This document shows, one piece after another, positions 9,980 through 19,170 of a stretch of DNA of 64,000 nt; position 1 is the first letter of the stretch; each line of letters starts with the position of its first letter. Made by a program: the position numbers and the translations under genes. The notes under the pieces are model-generated. The model saw only the letters and a program-made list of their open reading frames with translations. It was not told the DNA's origin and ran no database searches. Source of the DNA: an uncultured Candidatus Saccharibacteria bacterium (GTDB lineage Bacteria > Patescibacteriota > Minisyncoccia > Minisyncoccales > UBA5738). Where the stretch lies: NCBI GenBank assembly GCA_964470995.1, contig CAYYEP010000002.1:29740-93739 (forward strand), in the 5' to 3' direction.

Positions 9980-10429
9980 ATGGACGTATTTCACACGATC
10001 ATCAACAATCAACCCCTGGCCGCCGGATTTCTAGCCTGGTTTATCGCTCAATTCACAAAATTTTTATTGGCCTTAAAGCATGGCGTCAATCGCCAGGCAT
10101 TCCGGCGCTTCTGGGCCAGCGGCGGCTTCCCCAGCTCGCACGCGTCATCGGTAACCGCCTTGGCCGCTTCCTGCGGATTAAAATTCGGTTTCGAATCTAC
10201 CTACTTCGCCATCGCCGCAGTTTTCGCCTTGGTAGTCATTTACGACGCCTTCACCGTGCGCCAGGAAGCCGGCAAACATGCCGAAGTGTTAAACCGCCTG
10301 ATGGAAGATATTTATCTGCGCAAAAAAATCGAATTTGGCCGCCTAAGAGAACTTTTGGGGCATACCCGTTTTGAAGCGTTTTTTGGATTCCTTCTGGGAA
10401 TCGCCATCGCAATCGCTATAACCCGTTAA
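9980..10429 (+). CDS. divergent PAP2 (DUF212) family membrane protein
   Basis: GGFPSSHASSVTALA and VIYDAFTVRQEAG motifs. ATG at 9980 within track ORF 9950..10429. Confidence 0.75.
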   Translation: MDVFHTIINNQPLAAGFLAWFIAQFTKFLLALKHGVNRQAFRRFWASGGFPSSHASSVTALAASCGLKFGFESTYFAIAAVFALVVIYDAFTVRQEAGKHAEVLNRLMEDIYLRKKIEFGRLRELLGHTRFEAFFGFLLGIAIAIAITR

Positions 10430-10451
10430 AAAACCTGACGATGCCGGATAC

Positions 10452-10480
10452 AAAAAACCTTCATAGAAAGGTTTTTTTGT
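10452..10480. terminator. bidirectional hairpin between convergent genes
   Basis: AACCTT / AAGGTT stem flanked by an A-run on the left and a T-run on the right. Confidence 0.5.
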
Positions 10481-10487
10481 TTTTTTG

Positions 10488-11360
10488 TTATTGCGCCACT
10501 GCCGGTTGCCGCGTTTGATCGGCCCGTCCGTCCGCGTCCGGTTGAATTTTCTGAAATATGCCTTCTCTGGAAATCGATCCATCGGGCATCTCCTCATTGC
10601 CAATAGTAATCATCTGCGCGACAATGCTTCCATCCGCTCCCTTCGTACCCATTGCCGCCACCCGCATCCCTTGCAAAATCTCATCCGCGGATACCTTCTT
10701 AACCTTAGTTATTTTTACATCATCGGCCAGCGACACTACAGTCTGAGTCCCATCGGGAAGTTTAATGGTCAATCCCGAACCATCAACCGATTCAATATCT
10801 CCATTAACAAATCCTCGGTTGTTATCCGGCTGCTTTACCGCCGCATCGGACTCTATCTTTCGCCCAGTAGGCACTTGCCCCGCCAGCCGACCGTCCGAAA
10901 GTGCGTTTTTCTGTTCCGCGATACCGTCCTCCCGCACCAGTACTGTCGCCGCCGTAATCGTTCCATTCGCATCCTTGCCGCCGCTCACCACCACCGCCTG
11001 GCCCGCCGCAAGATCGGCCGCCGTTAATTCGACGTTTTTCGTTATCGACGTCGTCTCCGAATAAAACACGATTGCCGAACCGCCATTAGCCATATTGATA
11101 GTCAAGCTTTTCTCGGCAATACTAGCCACTTCCCCCGATGCTGAAGTGAAATTTTCGTTCCTTATCCGGTTGCCTCTGGTTTGCGACGCGCCATCGCCGC
11201 CGTTATCCGCGGCCGGCTGGCCGCCCATAATCTCCGTCATATTTTTGGCGCTGCGCTTCGGCCCGGAATCAAAAACCCTCCATATCCAAAGTCCAATCGC
11301 TAAAAACACAACCGCCGCCAAAAAACTGGTAATCAATTTTTTATTCATATTTTTATCCAA
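10488..11360 (-). CDS. secreted/anchored protein with two beta-rich repeats, last gene of the ABC operon
   Basis: N-terminal anchor MNKKLITSFLAAVVFLAIGLWIW. Two repeats of about 70 aa follow (LTINMANGGSAIV...ITK and LTIKLPDGTQTVV...ITK). Confidence 0.6.
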   Translation of the reverse strand: MDKNMNKKLITSFLAAVVFLAIGLWIWRVFDSGPKRSAKNMTEIMGGQPAADNGGDGASQTRGNRIRNENFTSASGEVASIAEKSLTINMANGGSAIVFYSETTSITKNVELTAADLAAGQAVVVSGGKDANGTITAATVLVREDGIAEQKNALSDGRLAGQVPTGRKIESDAAVKQPDNNRGFVNGDIESVDGSGLTIKLPDGTQTVVSLADDVKITKVKKVSADEILQGMRVAAMGTKGADGSIVAQMITIGNEEMPDGSISREGIFQKIQPDADGRADQTRQPAVAQ

Positions 11361-11417
11361 GCTTCAAAAACCGTATTTAATTGTGATTTAACGCTTGGCA
11401 ATTGGCGCTTATTTGAA

Positions 11418-12638
11418 TTACTCGTAACGCAACGCGGTAATCGGGTTAAGCTTGGCCGCACGCCATGCCGGATAATATCCGAAGATTATCCCGATGGCCG
11501 CCGATACCCCAAACGCCAGCACAATCGAAACCCAGGATATAACCGTAGTAACGCCGCCAAACTGCTGGATTGCCAAACTTGCCAACCAGCCAATCGCGAC
11601 GCCAATAACCCCTCCCAAAAAAGTCAGCGTAACCGCTTCGGCCAGGAATTGCACGGTAATGTCGCCCTTCTTGGCTCCGATCGCCTTGCGCAAACCAATC
11701 TCCCGCGTACGCTCGGTCACGGTCGTCAGCATCATATTCATAATTCCAATACCGCCAACCAATAGCGATATTCCGGCAATCGATGCCAGCAATATCGTCA
11801 AAGTACCGGTAATCGTCGACATGCTTTCCACGATATCCGCCTGGTTCATTATCTGAAAATCAATATCGTCTTCGCTCCCAATATCATGCCGCTCCATCAA
11901 TAGCGTTTCAACATCAGTCTCCAACTGACTCAAAACTTCCTGAGTCTCGCCCTGAATACTAATGGTGCTCAACTTGTTGCTGCCGCCAATATATTGCAGT
12001 GCTGTGGAAAGCGGGATATAAATCACGTCATCGGAATTGGACATCCCGCTGCTCCCCTTGGAAATAGTCGTCCCGATCACTTTAAAATCCATTCCTTTTA
12101 TTCTGATCGTCCGGCCCGTCGGATCAACGCCCTCGCCAAAAAGATCCTCCGCAGTTGTCGGACCCAAAACCGCCACTTTCGATTTGGAATCGTTCTGCGA
12201 ATCAGTTATAAAAGTACCGCTGGCGATTTCCACGTTGCGCACTTCAGTGTAAACCGAAGTCACGCCATATATCGATGTGTTGGTATTGGTACCCTTGGCC
12301 GTTACTTGCACTTGAGTCGAATACTGCGGCGCCACCGCGGCCACGCCCTCAAGATCCTCTATCGATTCCGCGTCATCCAGCGTCAAAGTACTCGAACTTC
12401 CCCGGCTGCTCCGCACCTGCTGGCCAACACCCCGTTGAAATCCCGGCGACACCATTAAAAGATTGGATCCCAAAGATTCAATACTCGAAGTAATTGAAGA
12501 CGACGACCCCTGGCCGATTGAAACCATCGTAATCACCGAACCGATGCCGATAACAATACCCAAAATGGTCAGCCCCGAACGGGCCTTATTGGCCAACAGC
12601 GACGAAAATGTTTGTTCTAACAGATCGGAAATTTTCAT
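11418..12638 (-). CDS. ABC transporter permease, MacB/FtsX type
   Basis: 406 aa. N-terminal TM, a large extracytoplasmic domain, and a C-terminal FtsX-type 3-TM bundle with REIGLRKAIGA. Confidence 0.85.
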   Translation of the reverse strand: MKISDLLEQTFSSLLANKARSGLTILGIVIGIGSVITMVSIGQGSSSSITSSIESLGSNLLMVSPGFQRGVGQQVRSSRGSSSTLTLDDAESIEDLEGVAAVAPQYSTQVQVTAKGTNTNTSIYGVTSVYTEVRNVEIASGTFITDSQNDSKSKVAVLGPTTAEDLFGEGVDPTGRTIRIKGMDFKVIGTTISKGSSGMSNSDDVIYIPLSTALQYIGGSNKLSTISIQGETQEVLSQLETDVETLLMERHDIGSEDDIDFQIMNQADIVESMSTITGTLTILLASIAGISLLVGGIGIMNMMLTTVTERTREIGLRKAIGAKKGDITVQFLAEAVTLTFLGGVIGVAIGWLASLAIQQFGGVTTVISWVSIVLAFGVSAAIGIIFGYYPAWRAAKLNPITALRYE

Positions 12639-12643
12639 ATTGA

Positions 12644-13378
12644 TTACTTGGAACCCTCGTTATGATGCTTCATTGTTAGCGCCGACATAAATTTATGGCC
12701 ATTGGCCTCATCGCTGACAATCTCGCCATCTCGAATAGTGATAATACGGTTCGCGTATTCGGCGATATCGCGCTCGTGCGTGATTAAAACTATCGTATGC
12801 CCCTGTTCCTCATTAAGCTTACGGAAAGTTTGCATCACAATCTCGCCGGTCTTGGTATCCAGATTTCCCGTCGGTTCATCCGCCAATAACATCGCCGGCT
12901 TATTCACCAATGCCCGCGCAATCGCCACGCGCTGCATCTGGCCGCCGGAAAGTTGGTTGGTAAAATGATGATGATATTGCTCGGTCAGACCCGCCTGGAT
13001 CAAAGCTTCTTTGGCCCGCTTGGCGCGTTCCCCCCGCTCAACTCCCGCGTAAACCAGCGGCAACTCCACATTACGCAATACCGTGGTACGCGGAAGAAGA
13101 TTAAACGACTGAAACACAAACCCGATCTTGCTCTTCCGAATATCAGCCAATTCGTCATCCATATACTTGGCCACATTTTTCCCGTCAAGCAAGTAATTGC
13201 CGCTGGTTGGCACATCCAACATCCCCAAAATGTTCATTAACGTTGATTTTCCCGAACCCGAAGGCCCGATGATCGCCACAAACTCCCCGTCTTTTATCGC
13301 CAGCGAAACACCCTTCAGTATTTTGGACACAACCTCTCCGCTGGCATAATTCTTAACGATGTTTTTGCATTCAATCAT
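12644..13378 (-). CDS. ABC transporter ATP-binding protein (MacB/LolD-like)
   Basis: Walker A GPSGSGKST, signature LSGGQMQR, Walker B LLADEPT. Confidence 0.9.
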   Translation of the reverse strand: MIECKNIVKNYASGEVVSKILKGVSLAIKDGEFVAIIGPSGSGKSTLMNILGMLDVPTSGNYLLDGKNVAKYMDDELADIRKSKIGFVFQSFNLLPRTTVLRNVELPLVYAGVERGERAKRAKEALIQAGLTEQYHHHFTNQLSGGQMQRVAIARALVNKPAMLLADEPTGNLDTKTGEIVMQTFRKLNEEQGHTIVLITHERDIAEYANRIITIRDGEIVSDEANGHKFMSALTMKHHNEGSK

Positions 13379-13414
13379 AGAAGTTCTATAAATAACCTTT
13401 CGCCGCGGCCGCCG

Positions 13415-15196
13415 CTATCTCGGGCCGCCGCCCATCATCATGAACCCTCCGCCTTCGGAAGTTGAACTACCCGAACTTTTTGCGGCCGCCGCACTCGACT
13501 TAACCGATGTCACCACCACTTGATCGCCTTCGTTTAAACCGCTTGCGATCTCAATCGAAGTATCATCATCCAGGCCTACCGTTACCGTCTGCTTGATTGC
13601 CTGCGCCGCCGTGCCATCTGCCGCCCCCTCCGCAACCGCCGCCGGCACCAGCACGTAATACAAACCATCTTCCGCGCGTTTCACCGCCGCTGAAGGCACC
13701 GTCAGTACATCCTGCGCAATATCGGTAATAACCGTCACCGAAGCGCTCATTCCCGGCTTAACCTGACTGTTGGCTGAATCCAAAGCAATAGTCACGTCAT
13801 AATAAACCACCCCCGAATCAACGGTCCCAATCGTCGCCACCTCAGCCACCGTTCCGGTCATGGTCAGTTCATCAATCGCGTCAAATGTCAGCGTCGCCTG
13901 CTGGCCCACTTTTACCTTGGCAATATCCACTTCATTAAGGGATACTGTTACGATTTGATTTTTTGTAATCACAGTCGCCATCGGTGTACCCGATGTAACA
14001 TCATCTCCTGCCTCGGCATCGACCGTCGCCACCACGCCATCAAAAGGCGCAATTATAGTATATTTTTCAAGAGTTTTCTTGGCATCGGCCAAAGCTCGCT
14101 CTTTCTGCTGCACCGCGTATCTGGCCGACTGGATATCATCTTCATCGGTTCCTTCCTGCAATTCTTCCAATTCCTGCTGGTATTCTTCCAAAGAAAGAGT
14201 ATCGGTATCAATTGCGTCCTTGGCATCATCAATAGCCTGGCTCACCGACAAAAGATTGGATAAATTCGAACTGTTAGTCGACATATGAGCCGATAACGAA
14301 CTCAATTGCGTATCCGCAAAGCCCTGCGGATTCATATTGCGGTCCTTTAAATTATCTTCGTAATTCTGAATAACGTTTGCGACATTTTTCAGAGCGTCGG
14401 CAACCGCGCGAGTCGTTTCGTAAGTTTCATCAATCAGCGCCTCAATATCAGCCTCGCTGGAAAAACGGCTGGCCGCCTTGTAATTTTCAAAATTGGCATC
14501 ATATTTTTTCTTTGCCTCCTGATAAGATGACGCCGCCTTGGTTATTAAACCGGCCGACGACAAATCGTAGCCTTTTACCGAATTATAGTAATATTCCAGA
14601 TAGCTGGGACTGGTTTGTACCACATAATCGCTTGCCGTCGTCACAATTTCCTGCAATCCGGCAATCATAGTCGGCAAATCGTTAAAGGCACTGGCAACCG
14701 AACTCAATCCCTGTTCGTACGATCTTTCCAAATCAGTTTTGTCGCTTTCCAAAGTTTTTTTCGCTTGGGTTACCGCATTTTCGGCTTTTGCCAAATCAAG
14801 CGCATCAATCGGCTCCAGTAAATCGTTTAACGACACCTGCACATTATACAGGGCAATCTCGGCATCTTCCACCAAATCCCGGCCGTCGCTATCGTCAATA
14901 ACAGCAATTACGTCGCCCGCCTTGACCTCCTGTCCCGCGGCAACCGCCACCCGCACCAACTCTCCGGCAACCTCGGCGCTCACATCGGTTTGTTTGGAAG
15001 CTTCGATCTGGCCCGTTCCGGAAACCGATTGCATAACAGTCGCTATCGTTGCAATACCGTAAATATAAGAAGTCTGCGCTTCTTCTTTATTGCCAGTTCC
15101 AAATATCATATAGTATCCGCCCGCTCCCAAAGCTACCGCGATAATTGCAGTAATTATTTTATGGCGTTTCGCTGCTGGCAATAATTTTTTCATCAT
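13415..15196 (-). CDS. HlyD/MacA-type periplasmic adaptor with very long coiled-coil
   Basis: 593 aa. N-terminal TM, lipoyl-like segments, a helical hairpin of about 250 aa, and a beta-rich C-terminal part. Confidence 0.8.
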   Translation of the reverse strand: MMKKLLPAAKRHKIITAIIAVALGAGGYYMIFGTGNKEEAQTSYIYGIATIATVMQSVSGTGQIEASKQTDVSAEVAGELVRVAVAAGQEVKAGDVIAVIDDSDGRDLVEDAEIALYNVQVSLNDLLEPIDALDLAKAENAVTQAKKTLESDKTDLERSYEQGLSSVASAFNDLPTMIAGLQEIVTTASDYVVQTSPSYLEYYYNSVKGYDLSSAGLITKAASSYQEAKKKYDANFENYKAASRFSSEADIEALIDETYETTRAVADALKNVANVIQNYEDNLKDRNMNPQGFADTQLSSLSAHMSTNSSNLSNLLSVSQAIDDAKDAIDTDTLSLEEYQQELEELQEGTDEDDIQSARYAVQQKERALADAKKTLEKYTIIAPFDGVVATVDAEAGDDVTSGTPMATVITKNQIVTVSLNEVDIAKVKVGQQATLTFDAIDELTMTGTVAEVATIGTVDSGVVYYDVTIALDSANSQVKPGMSASVTVITDIAQDVLTVPSAAVKRAEDGLYYVLVPAAVAEGAADGTAAQAIKQTVTVGLDDDTSIEIASGLNEGDQVVVTSVKSSAAAAKSSGSSTSEGGGFMMMGGGPR

Positions 15197-15353
15197 ATTT
15201 TTTAATCTCGGACATTAATTAGTATATTCTGATATTTTTGCTCCCAATGTTTAATACTACAACCGCGTCCTTACCTTATTTCAAACCCCCATCCGGCAAC
15301 TACGGCAATCGAATTTATATTTTCTTTAAACTTAGATTACCCAATTAAAGGTT

Positions 15354-15387
15354 TCGCCTCCCGGGATACGCACCCCGGGGGAGGCGA
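15354..15387. repeat. GC-rich hairpin between the anti-sigma gene and the adaptor gene
   Basis: TCGCCTCCCGGG...CCCGGGGGAGGCGA. No U-tract follows on the transcribed strand. It resembles the CCTCCCG...CGGGAGG module inside repeat copy 42524..42695. Confidence 0.5.
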
Positions 15388-15417
15388 CCAGCCGCAAAAA
15401 CTGCGCCGCAACCAATG

Positions 15418-16173
15418 CTAGCGTATGCGCGGATTCGGCCTCCGGCCGCCGAAAGGACTGATACCCAAAGCTTCCACCCGCGAACCTTCTCGCTCTCCCA
15501 TCACCACGATCTTATCACCCACTTCAAAATCCGCCCCCAAGGGTAGCTTGGTTTCGGAGCTGACGACAATCAGCAACTCTTCCTGATTGCGGTTGATAAT
15601 AATATAATTATAGCCGGATATGCGCGCAATCGTTCCTCTCTGGATATTGTTATGACGGCCCGGGTCAAGATCACCGTATATTCCCATTACGCATGGCGGC
15701 GGGCCGCCGAACGGCGGACAATTTGCCATCATTCGGTGAAATGGAGTAAATGCCACCAGCAAACCGCCCGCGCCAACAAGCAACAATATACCCAGTCCCG
15801 AATAAATCAGCGGCAAACGGTAAGCAAATGAATAATGGCGCACCAGCAACTCCAGGATTATAATCAAAAACAATACCAACAATATCAACACCCATGGCAG
15901 CGAAGTTAAGAATAACATAATCCCCGGCCAGCCAAAAACCGGCACCGCCGATATGCCGGTTTCATGAGCAATGAATACCAAAAGACTGGCCAAATACAAT
16001 CCGGCCAATGCCGCCAGTGCCACTCCCACCGCCAACAGCGAAGCGCGCAAAATAAAATGCCATTTCGGCCGCATTTTCAACTGCCCGCTTTTTACCGACG
16101 CCATCACCCGGTCTTTCAATAATAAATGGTTTTTCCCTTCCACTTTCATTTCTTTTTCGTTTTCTTTTTCCAT
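15418..16173 (-). CDS. membrane protein, putative anti-sigma factor
   Basis: ATG at 16173 lies 4 nt after the sigma gene stop. Short cytoplasmic N-terminus, several TM helices, C-terminal extracytoplasmic domain. The assignment rests on position only. Confidence 0.5.
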   Translation of the reverse strand: MEKENEKEMKVEGKNHLLLKDRVMASVKSGQLKMRPKWHFILRASLLAVGVALAALAGLYLASLLVFIAHETGISAVPVFGWPGIMLFLTSLPWVLILLVLFLIIILELLVRHYSFAYRLPLIYSGLGILLLVGAGGLLVAFTPFHRMMANCPPFGGPPPCVMGIYGDLDPGRHNNIQRGTIARISGYNYIIINRNQEELLIVVSSETKLPLGADFEVGDKIVVMGEREGSRVEALGISPFGGRRPNPRIR

Positions 16174-16177
16174 GGCA

Positions 16178-16858
16178 TTATTTAAACAATACTTCCTCAC
16201 CGTCTTGGTTTTTTCCGGCGATTAGCTTCTTAAGCATGGCTTTACCCCTCTGCAGCCTGACGCCGACCGTCGATACCGGCAAATGGATAATATCAGCAAT
16301 CTCGCGGTAATTCATATCTTCAAAATAATACAAAACCAATGGCTCGCGGTATTTCACCGGCATTTTTTCCAAGCACCCGTCGAGAAGGCGTCTCAAATCC
16401 TGGCGATCCACATCCGCGTCCGCGGTTTCCGACGCCGCTGGATGCGGCAACAACAAATCAAAATCAATGAACGATATTCTTTCCGATTTTTTCTTTTTTA
16501 GCGCGTTAATAAATTCGTTGTGCGCAATCCGGTATATCCATGGCGAAAATCTTCTGGCCGCGTCAAAACTCCGGATATTAACATAAGCCTTAATAAAAAC
16601 CTCTTGAATGATGTCCTTCACATCGTCAGGATGGGATAAAAATTTCCTTGCGTAACGGCTTAATTTTTTTTCATAGCGTTCCAAAAGAACTGAAAACGCC
16701 TCGGCATCACCGCTTTGCACGCGTACCGCCGCCGCCTCATCCGTTTCTCGATCTTTGTAATTCGGCTCCTGATTCATATCCGAAAAATCCTTACCGTTAC
16801 CCGAAAAATACCTTATTTTTTCCCAAAAATACGCGATGTAATTTAATACAGCGCGCAT
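16178..16858 (-). CDS. ECF-type RNA polymerase sigma-70 factor
   Basis: Region 2 (DIIQEVFIKAY, PWIYRIAHNEFIN) and region 4 HTH (YREIADIIHLPVSTVGVRLQRGK). The start may be the internal ATG near 16777. Confidence 0.85.
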   Translation of the reverse strand: MRAVLNYIAYFWEKIRYFSGNGKDFSDMNQEPNYKDRETDEAAAVRVQSGDAEAFSVLLERYEKKLSRYARKFLSHPDDVKDIIQEVFIKAYVNIRSFDAARRFSPWIYRIAHNEFINALKKKKSERISFIDFDLLLPHPAASETADADVDRQDLRRLLDGCLEKMPVKYREPLVLYYFEDMNYREIADIIHLPVSTVGVRLQRGKAMLKKLIAGKNQDGEEVLFK

Positions 16859-16894
16859 TGATTATTTATTTCACTAAAAGCGCCTTTATCGCCC

Positions 16895-17845
16895 TCATTC
16901 GGCAATACCGCATTCTTCAAACACCTTGGGCGTCAAACTCCTCACCGCGCTGCCCATATGCGACACTGTATAATATCCGCCGCTTTCCAGCTTGGCGTAA
17001 TAACAAAAAAATTTCGAATAGGACGCGTTATTAAGTCCGCAATAAACATAATCCTTGCCGCAAACCGCCTTTGTTTGCGCATAATCTCCAAACATCGGAT
17101 CCTGTTCCGTTTTGCTCAAATATACGCCTATCTGCTCTGGAAAACCATATACCTTGCCGCCGCAATCGCCGCCGCTCAACCCGCAAGTGTAATAAGACCC
17201 GTGGTCGTTAAGCCACAATTTTTGCGCCGCCGCCAATTTGCCCAAGTCTTCCTTGCGCTTTGCGTCGTTTTGCAGCATATTTTCAGGTTGCGCCGCCGCC
17301 GCATCCTTCAATATTCCGCCGTTATCTGTCTCGGACAGCTCCGGTTTTTCCAAAGGCTGGGCCGGCTGGTCAGTTGGCGGCACGATCAAATCTCCATCCG
17401 CCTCCGCGGTTTCTAACGATTCCGCCGTCTCTTCAGGCATCTCTCCGGATATCGCAGTATCGATACTTTCCTTTTTTAAAATGGTCGGAGCTGTATCATC
17501 CAACACCCCTGATTCCTCTTGCCGCTCCGGCGCCACAAAAAACGCGTACCCTAAACCGGCCAGCGCCGCCACAATAACACCCACAATCGCAATGATCATC
17601 CCCAGCGGCAGCTTTCTGCCCCCTTTTTTTATTATTCTATACTTAGAAACCCCCGGCGAAAATCTCTCCGCCGGCAACTCCTGCACCGGGCGCGGCGGAA
17701 CATTCCGGCTCTGAACCGCGATAAAAGCCTGTCCGATCGCTTCTTCGGCCCAACCCGCCTCGCGCAACGCGTTCTTTATCGCCGCGTTGGGAACCCCCCT
17801 TTTTAATTCCTGCTCGATATATATAAATAAACGCTGATCGATCAT
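16895..17845 (-). CDS. single-pass membrane protein with pilin-like Cys-rich C-terminal domain
   Basis: N-terminal soluble helical domain, one TM (LPLGMIIAIVGVIVAALAGLGYAFFV) and an acidic linker. The C-terminal domain begins KRKEDLGKLAAAQKLWLNDHGSYY, as in type IV pilin/pseudopilin globular domains. Confidence 0.55.
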   Translation of the reverse strand: MIDQRLFIYIEQELKRGVPNAAIKNALREAGWAEEAIGQAFIAVQSRNVPPRPVQELPAERFSPGVSKYRIIKKGGRKLPLGMIIAIVGVIVAALAGLGYAFFVAPERQEESGVLDDTAPTILKKESIDTAISGEMPEETAESLETAEADGDLIVPPTDQPAQPLEKPELSETDNGGILKDAAAAQPENMLQNDAKRKEDLGKLAAAQKLWLNDHGSYYTCGLSGGDCGGKVYGFPEQIGVYLSKTEQDPMFGDYAQTKAVCGKDYVYCGLNNASYSKFFCYYAKLESGGYYTVSHMGSAVRSLTPKVFEECGIAE

Positions 17846-17940
17846 GTTTTAAAAAATAGGTTTTTTGGAAAAGAAAACCGGATTAAGATATAAAAAATCC
17901 AACACCAAATGATATAAATAATTATATCATCTTATTGGGC

Positions 17941-17957
17941 AAATCTTAATACCCGCG
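17941..17957 (+). repeat. partial copy (left terminus) of GC-rich repeat family B
   Basis: AAATCTTAATACCCGCG matches the terminus AAATCTTAATACCCCGCG of copies 30496..30623 and 42524..42695. Confidence 0.5.
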
Positions 17958-18046
17958 TATTTAAGAGGGGCAAAATCCCCGCGGTTACGGAACGCACCAT
18001 AGCGTTAACCCAAAACCACGCGGTAAAACATTACCCGCCCTGTTTT

Positions 18047-18499
18047 CTATTTAATCTGAATGATCTCATATTCAATCCGGCTTCCCGGCGTTGACAGGAC
18101 CACCTTGCTCCCCACCGGCCTTCCATAAACCGCCTCTCCCAGCGGCGACTTATAAGAAATCTTTCCGCAAAAAACGTCCGCCTCGTCCGGACCCACGATC
18201 TGATATTCTTCCTGCGAATCACCCGCCGCCAAAACCACGGTTGTGCCGATCCGCACCTTGTCGCAAGCTCCCTTATCTACCACGCGCGCGCTGGCAATAA
18301 TCACTTTTAATTCGGCAATGCGGCCTTCCATGAACGCCTGCTGTTCTTTTGCCTGGTGATAGGCCGCGTTTTCGCGCAAATCTCCGAAAGATATCGCGTA
18401 ATTCAATTTTTCCGCAAGTTCTTTGCGTTTCACGTTCTCCAATTCATGCAATTCGTTTTTCAATTTTTCCAATCCTTCGGGCGTCAGATAATTTTCCAT
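18047..18499 (-). CDS. greA: transcription elongation factor GreA
   Basis: 150 aa. LTPEGLEKLKNELHEL...DLRENAAYHQAKEQQ coiled-coil plus a C-terminal FKBP-like domain. Confidence 0.9.
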   Translation of the reverse strand: MENYLTPEGLEKLKNELHELENVKRKELAEKLNYAISFGDLRENAAYHQAKEQQAFMEGRIAELKVIIASARVVDKGACDKVRIGTTVVLAAGDSQEEYQIVGPDEADVFCGKISYKSPLGEAVYGRPVGSKVVLSTPGSRIEYEIIQIK

Positions 18500-18543
18500 A
18501 AAAAATTTGTCTTTATAAATTCCAATTTACACCAATTCTCTTT

Positions 18544-19170
18544 TTATTCAACCTGTTTTTGGGCCCATATTACAATCCACTTCACATTTTCCCTTCCGGA
18601 TTCATCCGCGGCAAACTCCGATAAAATTATATCAAATCCCGCGTTTATTAAATATTTTTCCATTTCTTTTTTCGAGAAATAAATAAAATATCTTTTATAT
18701 CCGGCCGTAAGTTTGTCTGCTTCCCACCCTTGGTTCCTGCCTTCTTTTACCGCCACATGAATTTTACCGTTTCGTTTTAATATTTTAAACATTTTTGCCA
18801 GCACATCTGGGATATCTTTTCTTTCGATATGAAGCAAAACCGCTTGCGCCCAAATAGCATCAAATTCATTTTCCGGAAAATTAATATCCAGAAGATCAAT
18901 TTGCAAAAACTTTGCCTTCGGAACGCGTTTCCCCGCCTCTTCAATAAAAACATCAACAATATCAATTCCGGTCACGTCAAAACCCGCCGCCGCGAATTTT
19001 TTCGAGTCGCGCCCGCCGGCGCAACCGACATCCAATACCTTTCCGCCCTTCGTTAATAATCCGATGAATTCCGGCAATTTCAGCAGATTTATCGATTCTG
19101 AATTTTCGATGTAACGTTTGCCCAGCTTGCAATAGGCTTCATGAGTTTTTTTGTATTTTTCAGATATCAT
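18544..19170 (-). CDS. class I SAM-dependent methyltransferase
   Basis: Motif I VLDVGCAGGRDS. ATG at 19170 overlaps the upstream stop (TAATG). Confidence 0.8.
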   Translation of the reverse strand: MISEKYKKTHEAYCKLGKRYIENSESINLLKLPEFIGLLTKGGKVLDVGCAGGRDSKKFAAAGFDVTGIDIVDVFIEEAGKRVPKAKFLQIDLLDINFPENEFDAIWAQAVLLHIERKDIPDVLAKMFKILKRNGKIHVAVKEGRNQGWEADKLTAGYKRYFIYFSKKEMEKYLINAGFDIILSEFAADESGRENVKWIVIWAQKQVE

